A DNA stretch of 38,727 nt from Octopus bimaculoides (GCF_001194135.2 NC_068988.1:8431690-8470416); one strand, 5' to 3'. Numbered from the stretch's first letter, positions 25,444 to 36,445 are shown. Numbers and translations are program-made. The notes: generated by a model from the letters alone, not told the origin.

Positions 25444-25919
25444 TAGTGGGCATACCTGTACAATTGTGCCCCACACTGATGAAATAAAATTTAAATCTAT
25501 CTTCTTACAAAACTGTCATATAAAATATTTAGAAAGACTTAATAAAGGGGTTTTAGAAATAAAACTTGTTAATAAACAAAACGACAAGGGGCTGTTTGAA
25601 ATAACGTCCATAAAAATAGTCATTATTTGATAAAACTGTTTTCTTTTTATTAAAAAAATGTTTTAGATACTGTAGAGGGTGTCTTCTTGAAAATTTACAA
25701 AAGTTGGCTTCCGTATAACTATCAGAAAAATGGGTATTGTTCAATGAAATTTTCTACAAATACCTTTTAGGCAGTGTATATTACGACTATAGCGGAATTA
25801 TATATGACCCTCGGAAACATTTCTCACAGATTCCAATTTAAAAAAAAAAACATCCGTTTTTCTGGAAGTTATGAGGAAACAAAGTCGCGGAGGGGCACAC
25901 TTGTGTAGGTATGCCCCTA
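25444..25919. mobile_element. ~475-bp non-autonomous TIR element
   Basis: Imperfect ~29-bp TIRs (TAGTGGGCATACCTGTACAATTGTGCCCC and GGGGCACACTTGTGTAGGTATGCCCCTA), TA at both ends, AT-rich interior, no ORF. Confidence 0.7.
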
Positions 25920-27081
25920 CATTCTAAGGTGCGTTTCATGCCTTTGAAATAAGACGGTAATTAACTTAGTTTTAATTCATCTTAGTAGTCACATATATAA
26001 AAAGAAAAGAAAAAAAAAATTTATTTGTGGACTGGGTGAATGGACAAGCATTGTCAGGTCTTATGTTTCGTTTCCTTTCTGCTTTGCACTGGAGGGGGAG
26101 GTCGTTGTTTACATATGCATCCGACAACTTCACCAAACGCATACACACACGTATATAAACAGACATATATATATAAACAAATATATATTTATGGGATTTG
26201 TTATGTAACAAACACGCACACACACACACACACACTTGTAGTGTGGAATGAAAACAAGCTGAACTTCCGGAGAAACGGAAACCAATGTGAACGGTATTTT
26301 AATATCAAATTAACCGAGAAAAGTGCCCGTTCTTAGTTCGAGGAATTAAATCCAAAAGCTGAATTCGAATTAAGGAAAAAAAAATTCTAAATAAAATAAG
26401 AGATATTTAAGTACTTGATGAGACCAAAAGCTCGAAGTATGAAGAATGAAAGTGGTGGTGGTGGGGGATGCAGAGAGAGAGAGAGAGAATGCAGCAAATA
26501 AATATATTTATTTTCTCGAAGTGTAGGAAAGATGACATTAAGGTTATTTACTTGGTAAATGTTGTAAACAGTCGTTGGTGGAATCAGATCTCACCTTCGA
26601 TGCATTCTGGCCATAATAGGAGAATGATCAATTAGGAGGAGGGGGGACGAAGGGGAGGGGGGACGAAGGGGNNNNNNNNNNNNNNNNNNNNNNNNNNNNN
26701 NNNNNNNNNNNNNNNNNNNNNNNNNNNNNNNNNNGGGGAGAACTAGCGACAGATAGAAAAAAAGATTTAGCTGGAGGATTTAATTAAGAATCCTCAGGTG
26801 CCCTCAAATCTAAATTCCAGCTCGGTCTTTTAATACGATTCTATATATGTATGTACCTGTGTGTACATATAAGTACGTACGTACTTATGCGTTATATATT
26901 TATGTATATATATTATGTACGATTGTGAATACGTGTAGTCGCTTGTAAATAGGTGTGTGGATATATATTTGTAAATATGTATAGACATATTTTTAAATAT
27001 GTATACACATTATATATATAAACAAAAAGATGGTAAGAACAGGTTTTAATCACACATCACAACAATTGTTTCTGTGTAATG

Positions 27082-27151
<70 letters not shown>

Positions 27152-27612
27152 GTACAGATGTATGGGTGAATTTATTTCGTTGTTTGTTAGTACCCACAGG
27201 GTTGGGGGTGATTATTTCAATTTTATTTTATATTTGCAATTAAGAACTCTTCGTTAATTAAGTTTTTAGGCGAATACCTTAGCGTAACAACGTTAACTAG
27301 TTCGATATCAAATCATTGTTTCGCTGTTCTAGGTTCGAATTTCAGTGTGGGTCGACCTCAACCTTTGACAAACCCCGCCGTCAAAAATTACTGGGTGTGT
27401 TCACTTTAAAAAAATCAATTAACGACGCTAAAATTCTTAATTGAAATGACTAATACAATAAAATTATCACCCAAATCCCTAGCTTCTAGAGACCCAACCA
27501 TAAGCCAAATACACACACACACACCAGAACTGTGGTGAAAAGGTGCTTATTTTGGTAGTTTTGGCTTATGTAGTCCCTCTAAGCGTGAGGCATTATTGTA
27601 TAGTAATGCCCT

Positions 27613-27648
<36 letters not shown>

Positions 27649-29040
27649 NNNNNNNNNNNNNNNNNNNNNNNNNNNNNNNNNNNNNNNNNNNNNNNNNNNN
27701 NNNNNNNNNNNNNNNNNNNNNNNNNNNNNNNNNNNNNNNNNNNNNNNNNNNNNNNNNNNNNNNNNNNNNNNNNNNNNNNNNNNNNNNNNNNNNNNNNNNN
27801 NNNNNNNNNNNNNNNNNNNNNNNNNNNNNNNNNNNNNNNNNNNNNNNNNNNNNTATATATATATATATATATATATAAATATATATAAATATAAGGATAA
27901 TAATGGGACTATATTTGCCATATATACAATTATGGTACTGTATCATATGTAATAATGAGGAGGTTATAACCGGACAATGTTGCTATAAAATTATATATAC
28001 ATGCATATATACACTCACAATTTTACTGTAACATTATGTACAGCAATGTTAGTGTTAGCATAGTATGAAATATTTTACCGATTATTTTTAAACACGAACA
28101 ATAAAATATCGTAAATAACTGCCTAGAGTTCATATGAACTGGAAAATTGCGAAGTGAAATGACAAAAGAGTTGTAATTAAATAAATATTTGTAATTTTTG
28201 GTGGTGAAAAGTAATTAAATATTGACAAGGCTTAAAGGAGGATTGGAAACTAGATATTTAGGTAAATGAATAAATAAATTGCAGTTAATTAATGAACAGG
28301 TAAGTTATTGGAGAAGAATTATATAAAGAAAACGTGCAATTGCCTTTCCTTGACAGGAAACGTGCAGACAGCAATAATAATGATAAATAGCAAATTGTTT
28401 CTAATTAAGGTACAAGGCCAGGTATTTTGAAGAGGAAGGTAGGGCGTTAGTCGATACGTTCGACACTACTGTTTGAGCGATACTTTATCGACCCTAGAGG
28501 GATGAAAGGCAAAATCGACCTCAGCGGGATTTGAACCCAGAATATAAGTAATAATAGTGGAAATAATGATGAGGTTTCCTTTATTAACCACCCAGGGTTG
28601 ACAAAAACATCAAGGACAGCATAGTGTCGGATTACATACATAAAAATACGTGTAAATAAAAAGGGTGGGTGGGTAATAATAATAAATAATACGATTATAA
28701 TACTATTAATAATAATAACTCTTTCTATTATATGTACAATGCTTGAAATTCTGGGAGATGGTATTTGTCGATTACATCGACTCCACTGTTTGACTCGTAC
28801 TTATTTTATCGACCCCAGAGGGATAGGATGAAAGATATAATCGACCTCGGCGGGATTTGAACTCGGAACATAATTAATAATGATAATATTTCTGTTATTA
28901 ACCACCCAGGGTTGACAAAGGCTTCAAGGACGATGCACGACTGTATACTGAAGGATTACATTAAAATAAAAAGGGGTTAGAAAGGGGTTAATAATAATAC
29001 ATAATGATAATAATGCAATAATTAATAATAATGAAGCTAC

Positions 29041-29260
29041 CTTTGTAGCGGACCCAGAGTCCGTCCAGTTTTCTCTTGTCCACCACTGGAGGTCGAGATT
29101 GGTCTGTATTGTAGCGGTCCGGATCATGAAAGTAATTATCGACGGCTACATCTAGTTTCCAATCGTGCAAACCGAGACAAATAATGGCAACTTTCTCGCT
29201 AGTTTGGGTGCAGGAAGTGAATTGACGGACTTTGTCTTTCTGAGAGGTCTTCATCTTGTG
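29041..29260 (-). CDS. DCUN1D1: DCN1-like protein, exon 2 (UBA-like domain)
   Basis: ttttcag|CACAAG...TACAAAG|gtagct, 220 nt. Encodes HKMKTSQKDKVRQFTSCTQTSEKVAIICLGLHDWKLDVAVDNYFHDPDRY...KRKLDGLWVRYK, the DCN1 N-terminal UBA-like signature. Confidence 0.95.
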
Positions 29261-29442
29261 CTGAAAACGGACACCAAACTTATTAAAGGCAAAACTTCCA
29301 CATGGCTTGTTGGGGTTTTTTTGGCATTTAGAAACTACTATGTACGTCCATCGAACTTATTGACAATCAGAAATTATAAATAGCAACGAGAATGGGTGAT
29401 AGAACTGTAATAATCTTGGTTAATATTAAGAATTACACTCAC

Positions 29443-29445
29443 CAT
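29443..29445 (-). CDS. DCUN1D1: DCN1-like protein, coding exon 1 (ATG only)
   Basis: Minus strand reads gaaat ATG|gtgagt (strong donor). It joins in phase 0 to exon 2 (CAC AAG ATG AAG...), giving MHKMKTSQKDKVRQF, equivalent to vertebrate MNKLKSSQKDKVRQF. Confidence 0.85.
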
Positions 29446-29749
29446 ATTTCTTCCTTCATAGTAACTTCGCCAACCGGCCACCACAATGTGAGCATGCGCC
29501 AACCTAGGGCAACGCACAAATTATTTATAATCCACAAAAATCATTATCAAACGTTTTTTAATTTATATTCCATCATTATATCATTAATGCAAAACACTAA
29601 TTTAAAATATATTCAATTTATTCTCGCACTTTCTAAATCACGTTAGAACGAAATGTACACTGTCACGTGACGATCGGTTTTCCCGCCGTTTTAAGAAACT
29701 TTTGGAGCCAAATCGTCTTTGTTTCTGCTGAAAATATTCCCGTTCGACG
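29446..29749. promoter_or_regulatory. Bidirectional promoter between DCUN1D1 and MCM7
   Basis: 304 bp between divergent ATGs and CpG-rich. Contains GTCACGTGAC (29662-29671), E2F consensus TTTTCCCGCC (29678-29687) and NRF1-like TGAGCATGCGCC (29489-29500). Confidence 0.85.
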
Positions 29750-29780
29750 ATGCCGCCGAAAGATTACGCTGTTGAAAAAG
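29750..29780 (+). CDS. MCM7: DNA replication licensing factor MCM7, exon 1
   Basis: ATG CCG CCG AAA GAT TAC GCT GTT GAA AAA G|gtatat encodes MPPKDYAVEKE (human MALKDYALEKE). 31 nt, phase 1, matching the next exon. Confidence 0.9.
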
Positions 29781-30240
29781 GTATATTTCCCCATTATTTC
29801 AGTTCAATTCTATTTTATTGTATTATTAGATCACTATTTTATAAAATGATTTATAAAATTTTTCTCCCCCCTCCCTCTTTACATAATATTGATTAATTTT
29901 AATTAATGTCATCCACGAAAGCAATATTATCAAATCGAATCGTTTTTTTCTATTGTATCATCGAACGGTTTTTTTTAATTCATGGACTATCATAATTTAT
30001 TATTTGTTATCGATGCACATTTAAAAACGATCGACCTTATATTATTCGATCTGTCGTTATATAAACGTTTAACTATTCAAATTTGTTATTAACGGTTTTG
30101 TTGTATTCGCCATACGAACTTTCTCTTACGTTAGCCAAGCAAACCGTATTATCAAAATACGCAATTCATTAAAAATATATTCTTTATTGTCTTTAAATCG
30201 CGGTAATATATAAACATTCAGATAAATTAGAATTATTAAA

Positions 30241-30309
30241 GCCACGTCATATGGCGCGGTAACACTCGCGCAATTTTAAAATAACAACAAAAGCATTAAT
30301 TTTCCCGCG
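30241..30309. promoter_or_regulatory. Motif cluster in MCM7 intron 1 (E2F and ATF/XBP1-like sites)
   Basis: GCCACGTCAT (30241-30250; reverse complement contains TGACGTGG), ATGGCGCG, and TTTTCCCGCG (30300-30309). Motif matches only. Confidence 0.45.
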
Positions 30310-31400
30310 TTTCTTGATGTCGGTGTTCTTTTAAATGTCATTTCTAACCCCTTCCTTTATTTCAAGCAGCTTCGTGTTTTTTTTGCTTATAAACAAATAT
30401 TTATTTCTAAAACTCCCTTCTTTATTAAGTCTCCCTAAATATTTTATGACAGCTTTATGAGATTTTAATTTTCGTCGAAATCACGAAGAATATTGCATTG
30501 TTTGAATTATATTTACTAGGTACACGAAATGAGACGGATTTAGGCTGTTCATTTTTGGTGGAATTGCATAATGGTTATGATATGTATACGCAAATATTTG
30601 TGTGTGTGTATATAGGTGTATTTATTTCTTCGTCTAGAGTCTATTGCACGCTAATTTCGTTTTTTTTTAAAGACTTTGTTTTCATTAACATTTTTACAGA
30701 AAGAAAAAATTAAAAGTATAAAATAAAATTGAGGACCCCCCATCACTACCCCACCAAGGAAACAAGGAAGAAATAAGAATGGTGGTGGGGGAGATTATTG
30801 ATAAGTTCGATTCTTAGAATGATTTAAAAAGTTCCAATATTCATCAGTCAACTATATCACTGCAAATATTGAGCATCAGTTGCAATTTCTTCGTATTTAT
30901 ATTTAGTCCGGATTTGCCATAGCTCATTCCAAGTTTAACAATATTCTATTGGATGCTGTCCCAATCAGCTTTGATCGAACTATTGTTTGTAATGCATACA
31001 TAGCCGATACTATGACTCATATCAAACTGACAACAGTTCGCATTTTGGTATTACATTTCCGAACGTTGCAGCGTATATTTCACGCATATTGTATTGGAGA
31101 ATTAGATTATTGGCCGACTTCGTCTTTCATCTTTTCGGGGGTCGATAAAATAAGTACTAGATAAGCAGTGGAGTCGATGTAATCGACTCACACCTTCCTC
31201 GAAATTGCTGGCCTTGAGCCAATAATCGAAGCCATTATTATTATTAAAGCGGTGAGCTGATAGAATCGATAGCATTCCGGACGAAGTGTTTAGTGGCATT
31301 TCGTCCGAGTTTACGTTTTGAGTTCAAATTCCGCCGTGGCCTATTTTCCCTTTCACTTTTTTGGGGTCGATAAAATAAGTTCCCGTTGAACTGAAGGTCC

Positions 31401-31465
31401 AGATGGACTATATGTAATCTGGGAATAAGGGTGGGGAGAAGGTTCAGATTACATATAGTCCGTCT
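31401..31465. repeat. 21-bp stem hairpin in MCM7 intron 1
   Basis: AGATGGACTATATGTAATCTG - 23 nt - CAGATTACATATAGTCCGTCT; fully paired on the sense RNA with one G-U pair. Confidence 0.85.
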
Positions 31466-32442
31466 CTACCAGGATTATTATTATGGTTTCTTCCTGCTCT
31501 GAGTTCAGACACTATTGAGGTTACCTCTGCCTTTCACCCCTCCTGGGTCCATATCTAATTGTAGGCTTTGTGCTTCAATCATAGTTCAATACGTTATATA
31601 GGGCGATCGATTGGCAGAATCGTTAAAGCATCGAAAGAAATACATTGGTATTCGTCCCTGCGCTCTACGTACTGAGCTCAAACCCAGCTGAGGTCGATAA
31701 CATCACGCACTTGCCAAGTACTGGGATCAATGATATTGACTCCCTCCCCCCTGTGATCCACCATTCCTCTCAATTTATTGTCATTCGTTGTGCATAAATC
31801 TGTAACCTTGAGGCTGGCAGAATCGATAGAGCATCGGACAAAGTGTCTTTGCTGTATTTGTTTCCTAATTTATGTTGCGTCATTGGTTCAAATTCCGCCA
31901 GTCACTTTTGCCTTGCACTGCTCTCCCCTAAAAATTTCCTACCTTAATCTGAAGCCATTATTATTATTATTATTCCTTGCAAGATTTGTTCTGTCTCTTT
32001 ACATTCTGAGTTCAGATACGATCAGTGTCAGCTTTGTCTTTCGCCCTTTCGAGGTCTAGAAAATAAGGCTTGTGTGTCAAGTACTTGAGGCGACGTAATT
32101 AGCTTTACCCTCCCCTCAAAATTTCAGGCCTTCTGCTTAAACTAGAAACCATTTATTAAGAGAGCTGGCAGAATTGTTACTCTGTTGGATAAAATGGTTA
32201 GCAGCATTTCTTCTGGTTCTGCATTCACATTAATTTAATACCAAGTTTTGCCTTTCATCCTTTTGGGATCGATATAATACCAGATATGATCTGGGGGTTT
32301 GTGTAATTGACTTACCCCCTCCTCTTTCCAAAAACTGTTGGTCTTGTGTCAAGAATAAACAGAATTATTATTTGTTGCAAATTTAGGTAATGCTTCTTTG
32401 CGCTATGTTTGACTCATAACTAAGTTTTTTCTCTCTCTAGAC

Positions 32443-32545
32443 CAGTGTTTCTTAACCGTTTTTCGTTTAGCTGATGGTCTTGTACAATTCCTATTTCAAT
32501 GGACCCTCATAACCCTTTGACATTCAAAAAGAAATACCCTATTCT
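32443..32545 (+). mobile_element. Possible hAT/Charlie-like transposon end
   Basis: CAGTGTTTCTTAACCGTTTT resembles hAT-Charlie termini; no partner end found. Confidence 0.35.
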
Positions 32546-33924
32546 ATTTTTATATCATCATCATCGTACGGCTGTTTTCCATTCTAGCATGGGTTGGATG
32601 ATTTTACAGGAACTGACCAGCTGAAGCGCAGCTCAGGCTCCATGTCTGATTCGGCGTGGTTTCTATGGCTGGATGCCCTTCCTAACGCCAACCACTCCAG
32701 AGTGTAGTGGGTGCTTTTTACGTGCCACCGGCATGAAGGCCAGTCAAGCAGTACTGGCAACGGCCATGCTCAAAATGGTGTATTTTACGTGCCACCTGCA
32801 TAGGAGCCAGTCCAGCGGCACTGGCAAGATCTCGCTCGAATGNNNNNNNNNNTGCCACCTGCATAGGAGCCAGTCCAGCGGCACTGGCAAGATCTCGCTC
32901 GAATGTCTTTACACGTGCCAGGAAGGCAACACTGGGCACAGGTGCCATCACGATTTCACTTTCGCTTGGTCTAACAGGTCTTCGCTAGCCAAGTTTAGTG
33001 TCCAATGAAGGAGACGACGTTGGCATGGGTGCCAGTTGTTGCAACTGTCATACACTGTCAAGACAAGGTAACACACAAACACACACACACACACATTTAA
33101 AATAAGATTTTCAGGATCGGAGAGAACCTGTTTATTGAAATAGTAAAAGCTCCAAGGTAGCGTCAGGGATAGCACACCTGTGTTCCGACATATACGGCCT
33201 TACTAAAGTAAATATGGATTTGTCATTCCAGTTATGCATAACATCAACAAGTACTGGCTGAATACACCACTTGTCATCAGTCACATGGGTGCACTCGCTG
33301 CATGTATTGCACAGTTGACCATAGACCCATCTGTGTTGTCTATTTGTCACCTGTGAATCGCAACCCAGCTGGGGTTTTTTTTTTTTTTCTGTTATGGAGG
33401 CAATGACCAAGACCTTTGGCATTGTTGTGTTTGAGAAGAAAACCCATCAAGGCGAGTAAAATTGCAGTCGTGGCAGATACCAGTGCCACACAAATGGCAC
33501 CTGTGCCAGTGGAATGTAAAAATACCCATTACACTGTCGGAGTGGTTGGTGTTAGGAAGGGCATCCAGCTGTAGAAACTCTGCCAAATCAGGCAGCCTTC
33601 CAGTGTGCCAGCCCAGTCAAGCTGTCCAACCCATACCAGCATGGACAACGGACGTTAAATGATGATGATCACACACACATAAATGGTTTCTGACTACCAA
33701 ATCTGCTTACCAGGCTTTGGTTGGCCCTGGAACTGAATCCAGAACCATATGGTTAAGATGCAAACTTCTTACCACATAGCCACACCTTTCATCATTTGGC
33801 AGTTAAGTAGTCCTGCATACACTTTTAGTTTATACCTATTAAATTATTAGAGAGATGAATTTACCATTTGTGAAGCTTCCTGTTTCCTTGTTTAATTTCT
33901 CAACTCAATCTTCTCTCATTTTAG

Positions 33925-34004
33925 AGAAAATCAAGAATTTTCTTCGAGACTTTGTAAGCGACGATGATAAGGATGGAAAACGTTCCACCTATGCTGAGCA
34001 ATTG
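33925..34004 (+). CDS. MCM7: MCM7 exon 2
   Basis: attttag|AGAAA...CAATTG|gtaagt, 80 nt. Encodes KIKNFLRDFVSDDDKDGKRSTYAEQL. Confidence 0.92.
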
Positions 34005-35036
34005 GTAAGTAAGAAGTTTAAAATTCATGTCTTGTGAACATTAAAGTTCCTTGTTTTTTTCTTATTTGTTTCCTTGTTCTAAAGATGATTATAAAGAAAT
34101 TTATAATTGCAGACTTTGGATTCTCAAACTTATCCACTTTTGGCCTGTCTGCTGTCATCGTTGTCTCTCTTTTCCTACATCAGTCAGCACACTTTGGGTT
34201 GCTGAGTCCTTCTTATCATCGTCATCACACATTTTCCATGCTGGCATGGGTTGGACGGCTTGACAGGAGCTGGCCAGCCAGAGAGCTGTCCAGACACCAG
34301 TTGTCTGTTGTGGCAATTGTCCATTCTACAGCTGGATGCCCTTCTTAACGCCAACCACTTTACAGATTTTGTTGGGTGCTCTTTACGCGCCACCAGCATG
34401 GGTGCATTTACACAGCGCCAGCACAAGTGCATTTTATGTGGCAGTGGCACCTGTAAAGGACAAGCCTGTATGTATGTATGACAATAATTTTACTTACCTT
34501 GCTGTGTCTTCTCAAGTTCAGCAAATCCCCACCACTCCCGGCCCCTTGTCATTTCTTCACTGAGGCCCAGCGTATGTTGATGTTTATTCACCCATTCTCT
34601 TTATCTTACTCTCTAACTTGCTCTCCTTTCTTTTCCACCTTGCGTATCCTTGTATCTTCTCGACAGCAAGATACCTGCCCTTGTCCCTCTTTACCTTTTC
34701 ATCTCTCAATTAGCACAGGAGTTTTGTCTTGCAAGTTGCTCGGTGACCCTGTGAGTACCGATGCCATGCAGTAGGACTGAACCATGTTGTCAGGAAGCAG
34801 ACTTCTTGCCATACAAGTCATACCTGTGTTGCTCTATCTCTGTCTCTCTCTCTATATATGTGTGTGTGTGTATATACATACATACATATATATATATGCT
34901 TTCGGTGCGAATGGTCTTTTTATATGGTGCCAGTTTTACAATCCTCTAACTAATAATAATGGTCTTTTTATATAAGCTTAAATCTTATGGCAATCACCGT
35001 GCAATGACTAAGGAAAATAGTCTAATAAAGGGGCAT

Positions 35037-35129
35037 ATAAGCCCTCGACAGAAAAAAGGCTTTCCTATCTGCATGGGAGTTGAACCCACATACGCAAATC
35101 GGAAAGCCGTTTTTCTGTCGAGGGCTTAT
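35037..35129. repeat. ~93-nt inverted repeat in MCM7 intron 2
   Basis: ATAAGCCCTCGACAGAAAAAAGGCTTTCC...GGAAAGCCGTTTTTCTGTCGAGGGCTTAT with a short AGTTGAA loop. Confidence 0.85.
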
Positions 35130-35240
35130 CTGTGGAAAATTGGATTAAAAAAATACAAGAATTTAGAAACTTAAAGCAAATCTATGATTGATGAAAACAA
35201 AACAATTTGGAACCTTTCCAATTTGGTCTCTTTTCTTCAG

Positions 35241-35405
35241 AAACTTCTTGCACACCGGGAACAAGTCTCGTTGGTGATAGATGTTGATGATGTTGCAGAA
35301 TCCGACCCTGATTTGGCAGATGGCATTGTGGATAACACCCGCAGGTATATAGCTCTCTTCGGAGATGCTGTCCATGAACTTCTTCCTGAGTACAAAGAAC
35401 GAGAG
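35241..35405 (+). CDS. MCM7: MCM7 exon 3
   Basis: ttcttcag|AAACTT...CGAGAG|gtaata, 165 nt. Encodes [55 protein letters not shown], the MCM7-diagnostic LAHREQV...RRY...LLPxYKERE. Confidence 0.95.
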
Positions 35406-35994
35406 GTAATATACATTTAAAAAAAAAAATCTATCACTCTTTTATCATTAATCAGACCTGATTGAGTTAGATTGAACATAATATAGGTAGAATATTTTGG
35501 CCGGATGTGGCTGGTTTGAATGCTAAAGGGTTAGGGTTAGGGTTAGAACTGGTAAGCTTGAGACCTATTCTAAGCTCTAGTCTGTTGTGGCTTGGTTTCT
35601 GCGACTGGATGCCCTTCCTAACGCCAACCACTCCATAGAATGTACTGTGTTCCTTTCACATGTCACTGGCACAATATGTATAATTACACACACACACACA
35701 CACAAGCACATATATATGATGGTTGCAATGTGGGGAGTGGCCTTTTAGTTTCCCCTTTTCTATGGATGTGAAAATGATGGGTGCCTCTTGCAGTAGGTGT
35801 TCAAAGAGCTCATCATCCATGTAGATTTCTTTCTTGTTTAAAATGTTTTTTATATTCTTCTGGATTTATTATATAAAAAGTAAATACTTTGGATTTAAAA
35901 AAAAAAAATGAAATTTCCAATGTATAGAAGTTTTGCTTCAAACAAGAATTTACTGAAATCTTTTCCACAAAATATTTTTAACATTTCATTTTAG

Positions 35995-36131
35995 GTTGTA
36001 TCCAAAGATGTCCTCGATACTTACATTGAGCACCGATTGCTGATGGAACAGAGGAATCAACGAGCTGATGGTGGACCTGGTGTCACACGAAACCCTCGCA
36101 ACAAATATCCACCAGAGTTAATTAGAAGATT
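35995..36131 (+). CDS. MCM7: MCM7 exon 4
   Basis: attttag|GTTGTA...AGATT|gtaagt, 137 nt. Encodes [46 protein letters not shown]. Confidence 0.95.
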
Positions 36132-36445
36132 GTAAGTAATTAAAAACAAAAATTACTTGGCACTAGAAATCTTAGTAAATTGAACTTTTTCCACATTACT
36201 TGTGAAGTTCCTAGATTCATCATTATTGTTTCGTGGACTTTTCCATGCTTGCAAGGATCAGACAGAATTTGGTGAGGCAAATTTTCTATGGCCAGATGCC
36301 CTTCCTGTCACCTGCTTCCTAGCAAGGGAATATTTTCTTTTCTCACAGAAGACTGGAAACAAAACATGATTGTTTGTGTAACAATGATGCTCTTTTACAA
36401 ACATAACTTGATGTCAAAACAAGGAATGCTTACAACTATACATGC

